Below, in pieces: positions 28,109-38,315 of a DNA stretch of 64,000 bases (position 1 is its first letter; each line of letters begins with the position of its first letter). The position numbers were made by a program, and so were the translations under genes. The notes below the pieces were generated by a model that searched no databases, was not told the origin of the DNA, and saw nothing but the letters and a program-made list of their open reading frames with translations. Origin of the DNA: Solobacterium sp. Its GTDB lineage: Bacteria > Bacillota_I > Bacilli_A > Erysipelotrichales > Erysipelotrichaceae. Location of the stretch: positions 2,480-66,479 of the forward strand of contig JAILLA010000074.1 in the NCBI GenBank assembly GCA_024693325.1. The letters are read 5' to 3'.

Positions 28109-29461
28109 TTAATAGATCGGTACAGGCTTTCTGTCTTTGGCAATGAAGCATTCCTGTTCATATACTCTGCCATGCAGGTTTTTCTTCAGTTCTTCTTTAG
28201 CCTGCTCAATTAAAGCAGGATCTTCGACCATGTCCAGGGCAATGTTGGCCATGATCTGGGCAGCCAGGTTCATACCCTTATGAGCAGGAGAACTCTTACC
28301 CTGGGCAGTCGCAGACCAGGTGTGGGCAGAAGTTCCGATCGCCCATGTCGGTACATTGATCATGCAGGTCGGTACGATCCAGCTGACATCCGAGACATCA
28401 GAGCTTGTTTTATGGTCCTCATGGATCTCTTCATCGATCAGTTCGGTGCTTCCGGCTTTGGAGCCGCAGGCAATGAACTTCTCCAGATATGCTTTTTCCT
28501 CATCTGTGTACTGCATCGGCATGCATTCTTTGATGTGCTTTCTTGCGATATCTGCCAGTGTCGGATTGTCGATAAAGGAAGAGAATGCGGAAACGACCTC
28601 AGGCTCTTCTACTTCAGTCTCTGTCATCATGGCAGCGCCTTTGGCAATCTTATCCACTCTGGCCTGCATCTTCTTCAATTCTGTATTGTCCTTGGCTCGG
28701 ATGACATACTGTCCCTCCGCATATGCCTGGACGATGTTGGCGGCGTTGCCGCCGGCATTCGTAATAGCATACTGGATATACGTATCTTTGGTCATATGCT
28801 CACGGATAAACTGGATGCCGATGTTGAACAGCTCCAGCGCGTCCAGTGCGGATCTGCCCATTTCCGGAGCGCCTGCCGCATGGGAAGCGATACCGTGGAA
28901 ACGGTAGTTCTGCAGCAGGATGGATTTGCCGTCATGAACAATCCCGAAGCTTGTACTGGGATGCCAGTTGACGCAGAAGTCCACATCGTCAAACGCTCCT
29001 CTGTGGATCATGTATACTTTGCCGACACCGCCTTCTTCCGCAGGGCAGGAGAAGTATTTGATCGTGCCTTCAATGTTGTGCTCTTCAAAGTATTTCTTCA
29101 GGATATACGCGCATTCCATGCCGCCGCAGCCAAGCAGGTTATGACCGCAGCCATGTCCCGGTGCACCGTACATCAGCGGGTCCGGATGGTCAATATCTGC
29201 TTTCTGGCTCAGGTTGGGGAGGGCATCCAGTTCACCGAGGATGCCGATGACAGGAGAGCCATGTCCGGCTGATGCGATAAATGCCGTATCCATATCCGGC
29301 AGTGTGCTGATCTCAAAGCCCAGTTCCTTCATGCAGTTCATCGCTGTTTCGTGTGACCTGTATTCTGTGAAGTTGATCTCCGGTGTAGCCCAGATCTCGT
29401 CTGAACATTTCTCGAATATGTCCCTGTATTTCTCAGAGAGTTCCGCAATTTCTTTTCTCAT
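28109..29461 (-). CDS. M20-family amidohydrolase / peptidase (AbgB-like)
   Basis: 450 aa with GHGCGHNLLG and metal-ligand patterns typical of M20D amidohydrolases. Confidence 0.8.
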   Translation of the reverse strand: MRKEIAELSEKYRDIFEKCSDEIWATPEINFTEYRSHETAMNCMKELGFEISTLPDMDTAFIASAGHGSPVIGILGELDALPNLSQKADIDHPDPLMYGAPGHGCGHNLLGCGGMECAYILKKYFEEHNIEGTIKYFSCPAEEGGVGKVYMIHRGAFDDVDFCVNWHPSTSFGIVHDGKSILLQNYRFHGIASHAAGAPEMGRSALDALELFNIGIQFIREHMTKDTYIQYAITNAGGNAANIVQAYAEGQYVIRAKDNTELKKMQARVDKIAKGAAMMTETEVEEPEVVSAFSSFIDNPTLADIARKHIKECMPMQYTDEEKAYLEKFIACGSKAGSTELIDEEIHEDHKTSSDVSDVSWIVPTCMINVPTWAIGTSAHTWSATAQGKSSPAHKGMNLAAQIMANIALDMVEDPALIEQAKEELKKNLHGRVYEQECFIAKDRKPVPIY

Positions 29462-29701
29462 GGTATAAAGCCTCCGATATTACTGAAATTGTACCATAGG
29501 GGACTGATCAGATTCCTGCAGAACAGGACTAGGGAACGTTCTGACCGGATAAAAAAAGCAATGATTTGAAAAAAGATTCATGGAATGCACAGCAGATATC
29601 ATGAGTAATATCATGGTCTTCTTCCGGGCTTTATTGTCTGCGTGTACTGCCCTGTGATAAAATCGCAGAAGAAACGTTTTGCATGAAGTTAGTATAAAAG
29701 T

Positions 29702-31246
29702 ATGAGATCCATAGTTCGAAAATGCCTGATGATAACTGCAGTCCTGTTGGTTTTTCTGTGCGGCTGCAGTGCAAAGAAAGATGATGTACCTGCAGGATAC
29801 ACGGAACTATCGCAGCTGACAGAGAAACGGATCGGTGTAACGACCGGGAGTGTCCAGGCGATCCTTGTTGAACAGATGTTTCCTGATGCAGAGATCCTGC
29901 ATTATTCCACCACTGTTGACATGCTTGAGGCACTGAAAGCAGGCAAGGTCGACGCATTTGCCGAGGCTGAAGCACTGCTGAAGATCATGCTGGGTGAATA
30001 TCCGGAAGTCACATACCTGGATGAAAAGCTTGGCAGTCCCATGCAGGTGGGAGCGATCTTCCCGAAGAACGAAAAGGGCAGAAAGTACTGTGATGAGTAC
30101 AGTACATATCTCAGGGATATCAAGGAAAACGGTACGTATGACGAGATCCTGCAGATATGGTACGGGGATGACGAGGATCTCCGTGTTGTAGAAGATCCGG
30201 ACAGTCTTCCGGGACCCAACGGTACGCTGCACATGGCAGTATTCACTTCTGCAGTTCCTTTTTCTTATGTGAAAGACGGAAAAGTCGTAGGTGTCGATAT
30301 CGACCTCGCGACCCATTTCTGCAGGGAATACGGCTACAGGCTTGAGATCGTGCAGATGGATTTTCCGGCTATCCTGCCTGCTGTCCTGACCGGTAAATGT
30401 GAATTTGCCTGCGGCGGTATCGCATATACCGCAGAACGTGCAGAGACATTCTATTACTCGGAATTCACCATGGAAAGCTATTCTGTCATGGCTGTCCTGA
30501 AAGGTACAGGCATCTCCGGACAGAAAAGCATCGTTTCTTCGATCAGGGAAAGCTTTGAGAAAACTTTCATCAGGGAAAACAGATGGAAGCTGTTTGTCAG
30601 GGGCGCCTGGAATACCGTGCTGATCACGGCCTTATCTGTTATATTCGGCACACTGCTGGGATTCGGCGCATACCTGCTCGTACGCGGCGGAAACCGCATC
30701 GGCATATGGTTCGTACGTGCCCTGGCATGGCTGATCGCAGGCATGCCTGCGATCGTCCTGCTGATGATCCTGTATTACATCATTTTCTCAAGTTCCGGCA
30801 TCAGCGGACAGACCGTTGCCATCATCGCTTTCTCCATGATCTTCGGTACCTCAATGTACGGAATGATCTGTTCCGGTGTAGATGCGGTGGACAAGGGACA
30901 GACCGAAGCAGCCTATGCCCTTGGCTACAGGGACAGGGACGCATTCTTCAGGATCATCCTGCCCCAGGCAGCGATCCACTTCCTGCCTTCCTATAAGAGC
31001 CAGATCACAGCCCTGCTGAAGGCTACAGCAGTCGTCGGTTATGTAACGGTATTGGATCTCACCAAGATGGGAGATATCGTCAGAAGCCGTACCTATGAAC
31101 CGTTCTTCCCGCTGATCGCAGTCACGGTCATCTATTTCATCCTGTCAGGACTGCTGACAAAGATCACGGATATCCTGACACGAAAGATCGATCCGAAGCA
31201 GCGTACACAGGAAGAGATCCTGAAGGGGGTGAAGACCCATGATTGA
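29702..31246 (+). CDS. fused polar amino-acid ABC transporter: lipoprotein substrate-binding domain plus permease
   Basis: Lipobox is LCGC. The type 3 SBP-like N-terminal half is followed by a permease half (five hydrophobic helices by eye). Confidence 0.85.
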   Translation: MRSIVRKCLMITAVLLVFLCGCSAKKDDVPAGYTELSQLTEKRIGVTTGSVQAILVEQMFPDAEILHYSTTVDMLEALKAGKVDAFAEAEALLKIMLGEYPEVTYLDEKLGSPMQVGAIFPKNEKGRKYCDEYSTYLRDIKENGTYDEILQIWYGDDEDLRVVEDPDSLPGPNGTLHMAVFTSAVPFSYVKDGKVVGVDIDLATHFCREYGYRLEIVQMDFPAILPAVLTGKCEFACGGIAYTAERAETFYYSEFTMESYSVMAVLKGTGISGQKSIVSSIRESFEKTFIRENRWKLFVRGAWNTVLITALSVIFGTLLGFGAYLLVRGGNRIGIWFVRALAWLIAGMPAIVLLMILYYIIFSSSGISGQTVAIIAFSMIFGTSMYGMICSGVDAVDKGQTEAAYALGYRDRDAFFRIILPQAAIHFLPSYKSQITALLKATAVVGYVTVLDLTKMGDIVRSRTYEPFFPLIAVTVIYFILSGLLTKITDILTRKIDPKQRTQEEILKGVKTHD

Positions 31247-32333
31247 GATCCGTGACCTGGAGAAAAAATATGAAATGTCGACACCGCTCAGGGATGTGAA
31301 TGCGGACATCCATGACGGGGATGTGATCGCTGTGATCGGACCTTCAGGGACAGGCAAATCAACGCTTCTGCGCTGCATCAACCTGCTGGAACGGCCTACA
31401 TCAGGCAGTATCAGGATCGACGGTGAGGAGGTCCTTTCAGCCTCCTGTGACGTATCTGCGATACGACGCAAGGTCGGCATGATCTTCCAGTCCTTCTATC
31501 TGTTTGATCATCTCACAGCAGTTGAAAACATCATGAGACCTCAGACCGACCTGCTTGGAAGGTCCAGGCAGGAAGCCTATGAACGCAGTGTGGAACTGCT
31601 GGGAAAAGTAGGTCTTGCAGACAAGCTGCTCAAATATCCGGATGAGCTTTCCGGCGGACAGAAACAGCGTGTAGCCATTGCCAGGGCCTTGGCAATGGAT
31701 CCGGAATACATCCTGTTTGACGAACCTACCAGTGCGCTGGACCCGGCAATGAGGGGAGAGGTACAGGCAGTTATCAGGGATCTTGCCGATAATGGCCGGA
31801 CAATGATGATCGTCACACACGACATGCACTTTGCCAGAACGATCGCAAACCGTGTATTCTTTATGAATAACGGTGTTATATATGAAGAAGGTACCCCTGA
31901 AGAGATCTTTGACCATCCTCAGAAGGAACTGACCAGACAGTTTATCAGGGACCTGAGGGTACTGGAGATCGAGATCATGGACGGTCTGCTGGACTTCCCG
32001 GGTGCGATCAGCTCCATTACCGAATACTGCAGCAGGAACAGGATCCCGCCGAAAACAACACTGCGCATCCAGCAGGTATTTGAAGAACTGGTCCGGCAGA
32101 TCTTACTGCCGGAACCGGGCATCAGTCATATCAGGTTTATCGCGGAGTACTCCGAAACAGAGGAGAATACAGTCGTAACTGTTCTGCATGACGGAGAGAC
32201 TTTCAGCCTTGAGACAACAGAGAACAGACTCTCCGCAGCGATCATTCAGAACGCAGTCACCTCAGTCGGGTACAGTACTGAACCGGATGCCGTACCGGAG
32301 AGGCAGATCGTCCTGCAGCTGAAAAAAGAGTGA
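31239..32333 (+). CDS. amino-acid ABC transporter ATP-binding protein with a ~120-aa C-terminal extension
   Basis: Walker A GPSGTGKST, signature LSGGQKQR and Walker B ILFDEPTSALD. Overlaps the permease stop by 8 nt. Confidence 0.9.
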   Translation: MIEIRDLEKKYEMSTPLRDVNADIHDGDVIAVIGPSGTGKSTLLRCINLLERPTSGSIRIDGEEVLSASCDVSAIRRKVGMIFQSFYLFDHLTAVENIMRPQTDLLGRSRQEAYERSVELLGKVGLADKLLKYPDELSGGQKQRVAIARALAMDPEYILFDEPTSALDPAMRGEVQAVIRDLADNGRTMMIVTHDMHFARTIANRVFFMNNGVIYEEGTPEEIFDHPQKELTRQFIRDLRVLEIEIMDGLLDFPGAISSITEYCSRNRIPPKTTLRIQQVFEELVRQILLPEPGISHIRFIAEYSETEENTVVTVLHDGETFSLETTENRLSAAIIQNAVTSVGYSTEPDAVPERQIVLQLKKE

Positions 32334-32428
32334 CCTGCAACTGTCAGTTGACATACTTCAAACCCGGAATGGTGGCTTCGCAACCGGCTGAACAGCTATG
32401 CTGAAGTCACCTGAGGAGGAAAACAGAC

Positions 32429-33031
32429 ATGAAATTATCAGATCGTATTCTGGAATTGAGAAGACAGAAGGGAATATCGCAAGAAGAACTGGCAGACAAG
32501 CTCGGGGTAAGCAGACAGGCGGTATCCAAATGGGAGAGCGAACAGAGCACTCCTGATATTGACAAGATCATCCTGATGAGCGAATACTTCGGTACGACGA
32601 CAGACTACCTGCTGAAAGGGATCGAACCTGCAGCACGCAGCACTGAGAAAAAAGCAGGCAATGCATTATCCGTCATGGCGCCGTACATGGTATGGATCGG
32701 GCTGATCACGTCATGCGTACTATGGTATGAGAACCAGAACGGCTATGCCATCATGAACGGGTTTATCTGGATGATCGGCGGCTATGCCGTGATCAGGATC
32801 GCAGTACTCAACGGCCTGGCTGATGAAGGTGCCATGAACCGGTTCCTGCTAGTATCCTTTCCCGCGATCAGCTTCTTCATCGGATCCCTGATATACACGG
32901 TCACTGTCTACGGCATTCCGGCACCGTATCCGATGCCGGGCGCACCTGTATACAGACTGTTCATCTTTGCGGCACTCTGGATACTGGTCAATGCGGCTGC
33001 CGTCACATATCTGAAAAAAGACCGGAAATGA
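32429..33031 (+). CDS. XRE-family HTH regulator with a C-terminal membrane domain
   Basis: LRRQKGISQEELADKLGVSRQAVSKWESEQSTPDIDK, followed by four hydrophobic helices. Confidence 0.8.
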   Translation: MKLSDRILELRRQKGISQEELADKLGVSRQAVSKWESEQSTPDIDKIILMSEYFGTTTDYLLKGIEPAARSTEKKAGNALSVMAPYMVWIGLITSCVLWYENQNGYAIMNGFIWMIGGYAVIRIAVLNGLADEGAMNRFLLVSFPAISFFIGSLIYTVTVYGIPAPYPMPGAPVYRLFIFAALWILVNAAAVTYLKKDRK

Positions 33032-33094
33032 ATACTGAAAGGCTTCTTTCTGTATCATGGAAGATATAAACCTGACAGAAAGGATATATGAGAT

Positions 33095-34057
33095 ATGGAT
33101 ATCACCATTCTTTTATGGCTCCAGGCATTCAGGAACGGCATCGGTGCCTTCCTGGCGGAGTTCATGACCAAAATGACATTCTTCGGGGAGCTCAATACCG
33201 TACTAGTCATCATGGCACTCGTCTACTGGTGCCTCGATAAAAACATCGGTACCTACCTGCCGATGGGCTGGAGCGGCAACCGCATCGTCAACGGATTTCT
33301 GAAGGTCACAGCCTGTGCCTACCGTCCCTGGATCAGGGATGCCAGGATCATACCGTACGGCAATTCCATGACAACAGCCACAGGCTACTCATTCCCCAGC
33401 GGGCACAGTATGAATGCCTCATCTGTGTACGGCGGGGGATTGATACGGAAAGACTTCTCACCCGTACTGCGTATTACGATGGGACTCCTTGTATTCCTGA
33501 TCCCTTTCAGCCGGATCTATCTCGGTGTCCATACACCCCAGGATATCCTGGTCGGTGTCATTGCCGGCCTGACCGTCATGACATTGACGCTCTCATTGCT
33601 GAAATGGCTTAAGGAACATCCGGAAAAGGACATGATGGTCATGATCATAGGTATCGCGGTCGCTGCAGCAGTCGCGCTCTTTGCGGCATTCAAGTCATAT
33701 CCCATGGACTATGACACAGCCGGAAACCTGCTGGTAGACGGACATAAGATGGCCAATGATACATTCAAAGGCGTCGGCTGGTGCATCGGCTTCCTGACAG
33801 GCTGGGTACTGGAAAAACGGTATGTCGGGTTCTCAACTGAAGTACCCATAATGACAAGGGCAGCACGCGGTGCTGCCGGGCTGTTTGGATTCTATGTCAT
33901 CAGCCTCATCTGCATGCCACTGATCAAGAACCTGATCCCCGGTGCAGCAGGAACAGTCGTATCCTGCTTCCTGCAGATGTTCTATATCGCATTCCTGTTC
34001 CCGTGGTTCTTAACACGTCTGGAAGAACCGGAGCAGGGCGGTCAGCATCCTTTCTGA
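33095..34057 (+). CDS. PAP2-family phosphatase (membrane)
   Basis: PSGHS and SRIYLGVHTPQD motifs. Confidence 0.8.
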   Translation: MDITILLWLQAFRNGIGAFLAEFMTKMTFFGELNTVLVIMALVYWCLDKNIGTYLPMGWSGNRIVNGFLKVTACAYRPWIRDARIIPYGNSMTTATGYSFPSGHSMNASSVYGGGLIRKDFSPVLRITMGLLVFLIPFSRIYLGVHTPQDILVGVIAGLTVMTLTLSLLKWLKEHPEKDMMVMIIGIAVAAAVALFAAFKSYPMDYDTAGNLLVDGHKMANDTFKGVGWCIGFLTGWVLEKRYVGFSTEVPIMTRAARGAAGLFGFYVISLICMPLIKNLIPGAAGTVVSCFLQMFYIAFLFPWFLTRLEEPEQGGQHPF

Positions 34058-34167
34058 ACTGACGGGCAAACCATGAGGGTGAACTGTGATACACAGATCA
34101 CCCTCATTTCTTCTGACAGAAGGATACGTGGTATCATGTAACAGAAAAGAAGCTGCCGGAATGGAGA

Positions 34168-34920
34168 ATGAAGATGAAGCAGTTCAGCAGAATTGTCATG
34201 ATCATATTGCTGGGTACCTGTATCGCAGGATGTTCGCCGGGACAGGAAACAGCACCTGCACAAAACAGCAGTCTGCCGGAAACAATACCGGCAGAGACTG
34301 CGGAAGCGGTACAGGAACCAACAGAAGAAGAGATCATCGCATCGATCATTGACGCAGGGAAAGAACAGACCGTCTGTATCTTTACCGCTACGGGGAATAA
34401 CGGGACAGGGTTTATTTATAACGGACAGTATGTCGTTACCAATGAACATGTCCTGTATGACACAGACGACTTTACGATGCGGGATGTGAACGGAAAGGAA
34501 TACACGGGAACTGTGGTATTCGGGGATCCTGCAAATGACATCGCGGTGATCAGGACGGAAGATCTGACGGGCAGTTCCGTTACCTTCGGTGACTCAGATG
34601 CCCTGTCAGTGGGAGATACGCTGATCTGCATCGGCAATCCTGCGGAAGGGGAACCGTTCAGTTCCTGCACGGGAAAGTGCCTGGAACTGGATGAAGCACT
34701 GGAACAGAAGGTCGACCGGAACAACCGGTTTATCCATACGGACGCGGATCTTATTTCCGGATACTCCGGGGGACCTGTATTCAACATGAAGGGTGAAGTG
34801 ATCGGATTAGGCAACGCTGCTTATGTCGAAGATCTTTCCGCATATGAATTTGACCATCTGAGCCTGATCATTCCGATCAACCGGGTCAGGGAACAGATCG
34901 AAGCTGCCTGTAAGCAGTAA
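34168..34920 (+). CDS. trypsin-like (S1) serine protease lipoprotein
   Basis: Lipobox is IAGC. Catalytic context is TNEHV, NDIAVIR and GYSGGPVF. Confidence 0.8.
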   Translation: MKMKQFSRIVMIILLGTCIAGCSPGQETAPAQNSSLPETIPAETAEAVQEPTEEEIIASIIDAGKEQTVCIFTATGNNGTGFIYNGQYVVTNEHVLYDTDDFTMRDVNGKEYTGTVVFGDPANDIAVIRTEDLTGSSVTFGDSDALSVGDTLICIGNPAEGEPFSSCTGKCLELDEALEQKVDRNNRFIHTDADLISGYSGGPVFNMKGEVIGLGNAAYVEDLSAYEFDHLSLIIPINRVREQIEAACKQ

Positions 34921-34925
34921 CGGGG

Positions 34926-35465
34926 GTGAACACGATGGAAGGTACAAGAGAACTGAAAACGAAACGACTGATCCTGCGCAGATACCGGATGGAAGATGCG
35001 AAGGAACTGTATGAGAAATTCGGTAGCGATCCCGAGATGTACCGCTACTCCGGGTGGAACCCGTATGCCTCGGTACAGATGGCAGAAGAGACCGTACGTG
35101 AATTCATCGGGAACTATGAGCATACGTACTTCTACGGCTGGGCGGTCGAATATCAGGGAGAACTAATCGGCACGATCGGTGCTTATGACTACTATACTGA
35201 GAAGGATCAGATCGAGACCGGCTACAGCATTGCCCGCAATTTCTGGGGAAACGGCTTTGCGACAGAAGCACTGACATGTGTGCTCAGGTATCTGACGGAA
35301 CAGGAAGGCATCCATACCGTGACCGCATGGTGTGCTTCGGAGAATACCGGTTCCATGAAGGCAATGCTGAAGGCAGGCATGAAACTGGTAAAAGCCGAGA
35401 AGAACGGACTGGAAGCGGAAGGAAACACATACGACAAGCTGTATTTCGCTTATCACGCAGAATAG
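34926..35465 (+). CDS. GNAT-family N-acetyltransferase (RimJ/RimL-like)
   Basis: LKTKRLILRRYRMEDAKELYE...FWGNGFATEA. Confidence 0.85.
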   Translation: MNTMEGTRELKTKRLILRRYRMEDAKELYEKFGSDPEMYRYSGWNPYASVQMAEETVREFIGNYEHTYFYGWAVEYQGELIGTIGAYDYYTEKDQIETGYSIARNFWGNGFATEALTCVLRYLTEQEGIHTVTAWCASENTGSMKAMLKAGMKLVKAEKNGLEAEGNTYDKLYFAYHAE

Positions 35466-35474
35466 GAGGATCTT

Positions 35475-36146
35475 ATGGGATTGCTTGACATTCTGAAAAA
35501 GAAACCTGAGAAAGAAGAAAGACCCGTACGGGAACCGGACGTACGGCCGCTCGGCTGGGATGCCATCACTGCAGAGTTTGAACGAATCTATCCGGGCCAG
35601 ACAAAACCGAAACACTACGGTACGATCATCAAATGGATCCTTGGCGGAAATGATCCGCTGGACGGTGTTTCCATCTATGACGGGGGAGACTACTGGCATT
35701 TTGTTTCCTACGGTCTGACGGAACTGTACGACAAGGAATCCGATGACCCGGATGTCAGCGGATACGGATATGAACTGACACTGAAACTCAAAAAGTATCC
35801 GTTTGAGGATGAAGAAGGCGAACTGAAAAATATCATCGGGATCATGCAGATGATTGCAAGGCTCACATTCACAAAAGGAGAGATCTTCCTGCCGTATGAA
35901 TTTATCTACACCGGGCAGACACAGGGCATCGATGCACAACAGAAGTCAAACCTGACCGGATTCATTACGGTATCCGATCCCTCAGTTAACCCGATCGACA
36001 CACCGAACGGACACGTCGAATTCCTGGAACTGATCGGTATGACAGATGCCGAACTGAAAACACTGTCTACGGTCGGTACAGTCATGGACATCTATCAAAA
36101 GTTAGGCTCTGACCTGACGGACTACCACAGGGCATCCATTGTCTGA
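35475..36146 (+). CDS. suppressor-of-fused (SUFU) domain protein
   Basis: The core YWHFVSYGLTELY...GYGYELTLKL is typical of bacterial SUFU-like proteins. Confidence 0.65.
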   Translation: MGLLDILKKKPEKEERPVREPDVRPLGWDAITAEFERIYPGQTKPKHYGTIIKWILGGNDPLDGVSIYDGGDYWHFVSYGLTELYDKESDDPDVSGYGYELTLKLKKYPFEDEEGELKNIIGIMQMIARLTFTKGEIFLPYEFIYTGQTQGIDAQQKSNLTGFITVSDPSVNPIDTPNGHVEFLELIGMTDAELKTLSTVGTVMDIYQKLGSDLTDYHRASIV

Positions 36147-36218
36147 GTTCTGCATATCAGGAGCACAGACGAAGAAAGAAATGAAACAGCTGAATAAGCG
36201 TAAGGTAAAAAGGTATTT

Positions 36219-37370
36219 ATGAATCTGCTGATACATGATCTGAATGATGAACAATGGCACACAGTCAGCGATGCTTATGAAGGATGGTATATCGTTGCCG
36301 CAAGCGGCGTAAAACATCCGTGCATCGGCTGTTTTTCCTGCTGGAACCGGGATCCCGGTGTATGCGCGATCAAGGACGGCTACGAGAACATGGGATACCT
36401 GATCCACCATGCCGAAGAGGTTACGGTGCTCAGCAGGTATACCTATGGAGGATTTTCAGGCTCAGTCAAGAATATATTCGACAGATGCCTGGGATACGTT
36501 CTTCCCCAGTTTGAAGTGATCAACGGAGAGACACATCATATGAAGCGCTATGACGAAGACAAACCGTTTACGTTTATCTTCTATGGCAATGAACTTAACA
36601 ATGAACAGAAAGACGCTGCTAAACGATACGTTCAGGCGGTATGTACCAATATCAGGGGCTATGTCAAGGATGTGGAATTCCGGCAGATTGAGAACTCAGA
36701 GGATCATATAGTCAGAACGTTGTCTGAGACGGTGCGTACTGGCAGGACCGTCCTGCTGAACGGCAGTATGCGCAGTGTGAGCGGCAACTCCGCAAAGATC
36801 GCACGGCTGCTCAGAAAACTGATGACAAAAGAGTCAGAGATCATAGACCTGAAACCGTACCTGAATGATCTGCCTGCGCTGGTGCAGGAGCTGGAAACTG
36901 CGGAAACGATCATTCTCTGTCTGCCGCTGTATGTAGACGGGCTTCCCTCACAGGTCATCCGGCTCATGGAAACATTTGAAAAAGACTATACAGGCGGCTC
37001 AAAGAAGATCTATGTTTCAGCCAACATGGGACTGTATGAGAGCAGTCAGCTGGCGAATCTGTTCAGTGCCGTCAGGCAATGGTGCTCCGTCATGGGGTTT
37101 GCCTATTGCGGGGGACTCGGCGTCAGTGCAGGGGAACTGCTGGGTGTATTGATGGATATCCTGCCGGCATGGCTCGGTCCGTCCTCCAAAGCATATCAGG
37201 GTATGAAAAAGCTGGTCTCCGCCGTGGAACAGGGAGAGACAGTCACGGATATTTACGCAGAGCCGTTTATGTTCCCGCGCTCCCTGTATATCCGTATCGC
37301 CAACACGAACTGGAACAGGACAGCCAGGAAAAACGGCATCACACCGAAGGACCTTTACCGCCGGCTGTAA
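36219..37370 (+). CDS. two-domain flavodoxin-like / iron-sulfur flavoprotein-type protein
   Basis: Cys motif CIGCFSCWNRDPGVC resembles the ISF cluster. The second half resembles an NAD(P)H-dependent oxidoreductase (LCLPLYVDGLPS). Confidence 0.55.
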   Translation: MNLLIHDLNDEQWHTVSDAYEGWYIVAASGVKHPCIGCFSCWNRDPGVCAIKDGYENMGYLIHHAEEVTVLSRYTYGGFSGSVKNIFDRCLGYVLPQFEVINGETHHMKRYDEDKPFTFIFYGNELNNEQKDAAKRYVQAVCTNIRGYVKDVEFRQIENSEDHIVRTLSETVRTGRTVLLNGSMRSVSGNSAKIARLLRKLMTKESEIIDLKPYLNDLPALVQELETAETIILCLPLYVDGLPSQVIRLMETFEKDYTGGSKKIYVSANMGLYESSQLANLFSAVRQWCSVMGFAYCGGLGVSAGELLGVLMDILPAWLGPSSKAYQGMKKLVSAVEQGETVTDIYAEPFMFPRSLYIRIANTNWNRTARKNGITPKDLYRRL

Positions 37371-37400
37371 TACATCCGGTCTGAATACATGGGAGAAGTT

Positions 37401-38261
37401 ATGAAGTTTTATATCGTAGACTGCTTTGCAGAAGAAAAGTACCAGGGCAACCAGCTGCTGGTAATCCTTCAGGACAGAACACTGACTGATGAAGAACAGC
37501 AGAAGATCACAGATGAGATCAATTTCTCGGAAACAGCGTTTATCTGTTCCGGAAAACAGGAGAACGGGGGATATGATGTGACGATCCGTATGCCCGGTAT
37601 CGGTGAAGCACCGTTTGCCGGACATCCTACCCTCGGCACAGCCTATGTCATTCAGAAATACCTGGAAGACGGAACATCCGACCGGGTGATCCTGAACCTG
37701 AAGGTCGGACAGATCCCTGTTGTTTTCAATGAGGATATCCTGACCATGTCACAGAAAGCACCGGTATTCGGGGACTGTGTCACAAAGGAAGAGATCGCTC
37801 CTGTATTCCATCTGGAACCGGAAGACATCCGGGATGACTATCCGGTCCGGCATGTCAGCACAGGACTTCCTACCGTAGCCGTACCGCTGAAAAGCAGGGA
37901 AGCTTTAAAACGGGTCCATACCGATCCTGATCGGTTTCAGGCATACCTGAAACAGCACCCTAACCATTTCTGCACGCATTTCTTCTTCGTACAGACAGGT
38001 GACAGGCTTCTGGAAGCCAGATGCATGTCCGAGGATTACCGTGAAGATCCCGCTACAGGAAGCGCCAATGGGGATCTGGCAGGCTACCTGATCGAATACA
38101 GGTGGTTTGAAAGTGATGACGCGTCCTGGACAGTGATCCAGGGAGAAGACATGGGCAGGAAGTCCGTCCTGCAGGTCCATGCCTCACATATCCATGATGA
38201 ATGGACGATCGAAGTAGGCGGGAAATGCCACATGATCGCTTCAGGAGAATGGGAGATCTGA
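37401..38261 (+). CDS. PhzF-family isomerase
   Basis: MKFYIVDCFAEEKYQGNQLLV...SETAFI...GHPTLGTA...TGSANG. Confidence 0.85.
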   Translation: MKFYIVDCFAEEKYQGNQLLVILQDRTLTDEEQQKITDEINFSETAFICSGKQENGGYDVTIRMPGIGEAPFAGHPTLGTAYVIQKYLEDGTSDRVILNLKVGQIPVVFNEDILTMSQKAPVFGDCVTKEEIAPVFHLEPEDIRDDYPVRHVSTGLPTVAVPLKSREALKRVHTDPDRFQAYLKQHPNHFCTHFFFVQTGDRLLEARCMSEDYREDPATGSANGDLAGYLIEYRWFESDDASWTVIQGEDMGRKSVLQVHASHIHDEWTIEVGGKCHMIASGEWEI

Positions 38262-38315
38262 GTTATACTCAATATCAGGAAAGAACATCAACAGCCATTG
38301 AAGAGGTGAACGAAT

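Noticed and set aside
28280-29272. 330-aa plus-strand ORF (and 28320-28907, 195 aa) opposite the M20 amidohydrolase gene
   Set aside because: This is a shadow ORF antisense to a gene with clear family motifs. It has an Arg/Cys/His-rich low-complexity composition and no RBS. Such long antisense frames are typical of GC-rich coding regions.
35163-35939. 258-aa minus-strand ORF spanning the GNAT and SUFU genes
   Set aside because: It runs antisense across two well-supported plus-strand genes and their intergenic gap, and I see no recognisable motifs.
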